DNA of 64,000 bases, taken from Schizochytrium sp. TIO01 (lineage: Eukaryota > Protista > Bigyra: Labyrinthulomycetes). The notes beneath the pieces were generated by a model. It saw nothing but the letters and a program-made list of their open reading frames with translations, was not told the origin of the DNA and made no database searches. Positions within the stretch are counted from its first letter, which is position 1, and every line of letters begins with the position of its first letter. The translations under genes and the position numbers were made by a program. Shown here one piece after another: positions 62,701 through 64,000 of the stretch. The stretch is from positions 5,922,483-5,986,482 of the forward strand of contig SMSO01000032.1 in the NCBI GenBank assembly GCA_004764695.1, in the 5' to 3' direction.

Positions 62701-63266
62701 CAAGTGTTGGTGCGAGTTCTGATGATACGATCTATATTGCAAAGCCCCACTTGACTAACTCGGACGCGACCTGGGATGACCCTGCTGATTATGTCGATGT
62801 TTCATCGCCTACCCCTTTCCCCACCAGCCCTACCCCTGCACCGACTTCACCTACATCTTCCCCGACTTCTCCCACACGGTCTCCCACGACCCCCTCACCT
62901 ACGTCTGCACCTACAACTCCCTCACCTACCAACCCGGGTGAAACCAGAAGCCCTACCCAAAGGCCCACACCAAAGCCTACAAGCACAAGTTCCCCTACCT
63001 TCTCTCCCACCGCCCCCACAACAGGTGCCCCGACTTTCCTTACAATGCGGCCTACCACGTCTCCCACTGCGGCCTCCACAACAATTTTCGAGAATTCAAT
63101 GTTTTATATTATTGTGGGAGTGTCTCTGTTTGTCATTATCATATGCTGTTGCTTGGTCGCATGTTGCTGTCTCCGCTCACGCTCACCAACCGCCCCATCT
63201 GCTCCTTCCGCTTCAGTATACCCCGCGTATCGATCATTGGGATCAGCTCCCCCCCTAAATCTTTGA
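59775..63266 (+). CDS. Large type I membrane/surface protein with several PAN/apple-like domains and P/T/S stalks
   Basis: Signal peptide; C...C....C.(A/S)F......C..Y..C patterns; (PTSP)n; C-terminal TM plus Cys cluster. Confidence 0.85.
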   Translation: MLLHSFVVFFVILVHDISATFIADSSLFANYQDCNTDYYTTGKQLYTTNATFLTTTSYSYSTSSGADVSACAQECYDYNRNNEGSVPCNLMMILFETSGSTSGSFGCALYNGNEFNIIDASSANQVQVAVFNDWITPDCKGNMMNSTESAAYDDYKWSYFTHCKNPGNAYSIGTPSYGTISECIARCEATDLCVAIQFNEINKCAMYKQCMFEPHKDQEYTLLRQRFGTAETTVTGATECLETPYYSGNSVSLVPECDSLCWNDRQCAAFRLDLDRKCYLYNSCYQMDSSDLLSTVYVENEDTDLRTRPPTPSPTNRPTTRAPTSFPTGSPTSPTVYATQAPTSPTPYPTPQPSTVCYTDTLYSYVQVGDIGINNITDVNLNSQMCPEKPFIGTYRSALVSGSPLVTDPDTFDALEPSTKLALIEQDISDPFLVDIASMTDTEINESCLTAADCRVPPLLGIMRKVSDDSIWRPSVNTGSSAYKDLKGAWCCETNQYVEGFGYYVRNSNGKTIGRMYPAVRHQFRQSATLNDIITYPSGSSIDEAKILRVEFTMSSTKLYIYVDNTCNVLNGNHWSNGFYGNQGRTAGGFFHEVIFKSSNTNLPSTHGPANQANGPRPYDSNSFTVQYLGNFDGSSTTMEWAAVKNFWYTVSVGTTDTGNKRMAAAHLKTALEWLFLAPPKGNLAVGLLYVFASKMFLDKVGTNKYTPGMMDFTLVENHQGEFYTFMEPLLDYLLEADPSSSNGYSRIYHALIELDGFDNCKDSMMSDFYDQFASTSSSTRKPPEQGCLGATPETSIMDCGKWHSRRCSNTINVLYEARALQWSAFHNSMPQCSECPGFIGWWRSGATESPYQKILDMTVFPQCLPFMDTTGIKTDLGFDMSDASAYEIDYNEGFTCDKNGCRFTDVLEVDLSFVTEAVSSRVCASSGDWLATSTTSTLDICRETCYSETYSTCASFSYNTNTKSCKMYASCTEITSVGASSDDTIYIAKPHLTNSDATWDDPADYVDVSSPTPFPTSPTPAPTSPTSSPTSPTRSPTTPSPTSAPTTPSPTNPGETRSPTQRPTPKPTSTSSPTFSPTAPTTGAPTFLTMRPTTSPTAASTTIFENSMFYIIVGVSLFVIIICCCLVACCCLRSRSPTAPSAPSASVYPAYRSLGSAPPLNL

Positions 63267-63287
63267 ATCAATTAAATAGAGTTCATA

Positions 63288-63743
63288 TTATCTTCTTAAT
63301 GAGACTAATCGTTCACCAAGCGCATTGTTTAGAAGAATTGCCATCTTATTCGCACATTCATCAGACAAAGCCGTATTATCATCCAGGATATGAAATGGGT
63401 CGAACATTTCGAACAATTTTTCGTTTAGAAATAGAAAATCGGTCGTGATTTTCATCATGTACTCAACATACTCTATAAGCATTTCACGCGAAACAATGTT
63501 ATTCTTCAATTCGAAATGAAATGTGTTCGCAAGTTTTTCAAACGATTCCTCTTGGTGGCTTAGAAATAAAAAGTACTCGAAAATGGCGAACAAAACCATT
63601 TTCTCAGAAATCAAAGCTTCGAGCGAAGTTGCATTCAAGTGTTTACGATATTTCATGCATAATAGAATCAGATCATCAAGCACTTCGTGGTTCTTGACAA
63701 ATCTAAGCCATGCAAATAGAAACACATTCATTGCTTCGTCCAT
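63288..63743 (-). CDS. Hypothetical protein
   Basis: 151-aa ORF preceded by an (AAAACC)n array. Confidence 0.7.
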   Translation of the reverse strand: MDEAMNVFLFAWLRFVKNHEVLDDLILLCMKYRKHLNATSLEALISEKMVLFAIFEYFLFLSHQEESFEKLANTFHFELKNNIVSREMLIEYVEYMMKITTDFLFLNEKLFEMFDPFHILDDNTALSDECANKMAILLNNALGERLVSLRR

Positions 63744-63780
63744 ATTGATGCAGCTAGTAAATGCAAAGTGTCTAACTTAA

Positions 63781-63858
63781 GTTTTGGTTTTGGTTTTGGT
63801 TTTGGTTTTGGTTTTGGTTTTGGCTTCGGTTTTGGTTTTGGTTTTGGTTTTGGTTTTG
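63781..63858 (-). promoter_or_regulatory. (AAAACC)~12 array in sense orientation upstream of 63288..63743
   Basis: (gttttg)n on the + strand. Confidence 0.6.
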
Positions 63859-64000
63859 CTGTGTCTAGCACAAAATAAAACAATACATGAATCAAGTGCT
63901 CTGCGGATTATTGATAGTAAATACCATAATACATCATGACAATCATTGAGGAACAGATTGAGAAGGTGGCGGAAGATTCTGTGACAGAAGCAAAAGAACT

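Noticed and set aside
1-64000. rRNA/tRNA genes, integrase/transposase, viral hallmark genes
   Set aside because: None recognisable by eye; tRNAscan-SE, Infernal and HMM searches would be needed to exclude them

Overview
Gene-dense, intronless DNA with eukaryotic-type genes, mostly ORFans, and many intergenic repeat arrays. It most resembles a large eukaryotic dsDNA virus or an endogenised copy in a protist. No capsid, polymerase or packaging hallmark gene lies in the window, so the lineage (Nucleocytoviricota vs Mirusviricota) is unresolved. Recognisable genes: an orphan N6-adenine DNA methyltransferase, ITPase (Ham1), a RING protein, a 2OG-Fe(II) dioxygenase-like protein, a sulfatase, a REase-kinase (Crinkler-like) protein, a dynamin-family GTPase, a DUF4116 protein, a reprolysin-PAN protease, a 'WRKY19-like' Cys/His-repeat protein and a large PAN-domain membrane protein. 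The most unusual content is non-coding. (1) An 11-copy, ~190-210 bp element bounded by GGGGG(G)TA direct repeats carries (ATCGCTTTT)n. It marks the borders of tandemly duplicated gene units, and its orientation flips across a nested inverted-repeat centre at ~31-34 kb. (2) Two mirror-image loci pair repeats and hairpins with strong strand skew (candidate origins). (3) An AAAACCAAAAC motif lies upstream of many genes in sense orientation. (4) Tandem arrays are built from heat-shock-element-like nGAAn/nTTCn units. Several ORFans carry short host-interaction motifs (SIMs, SIM+RING, SILK+RVxF, NLS) pointing to a nuclear, host-manipulating lifestyle. All calls are by eye; no searches were run.
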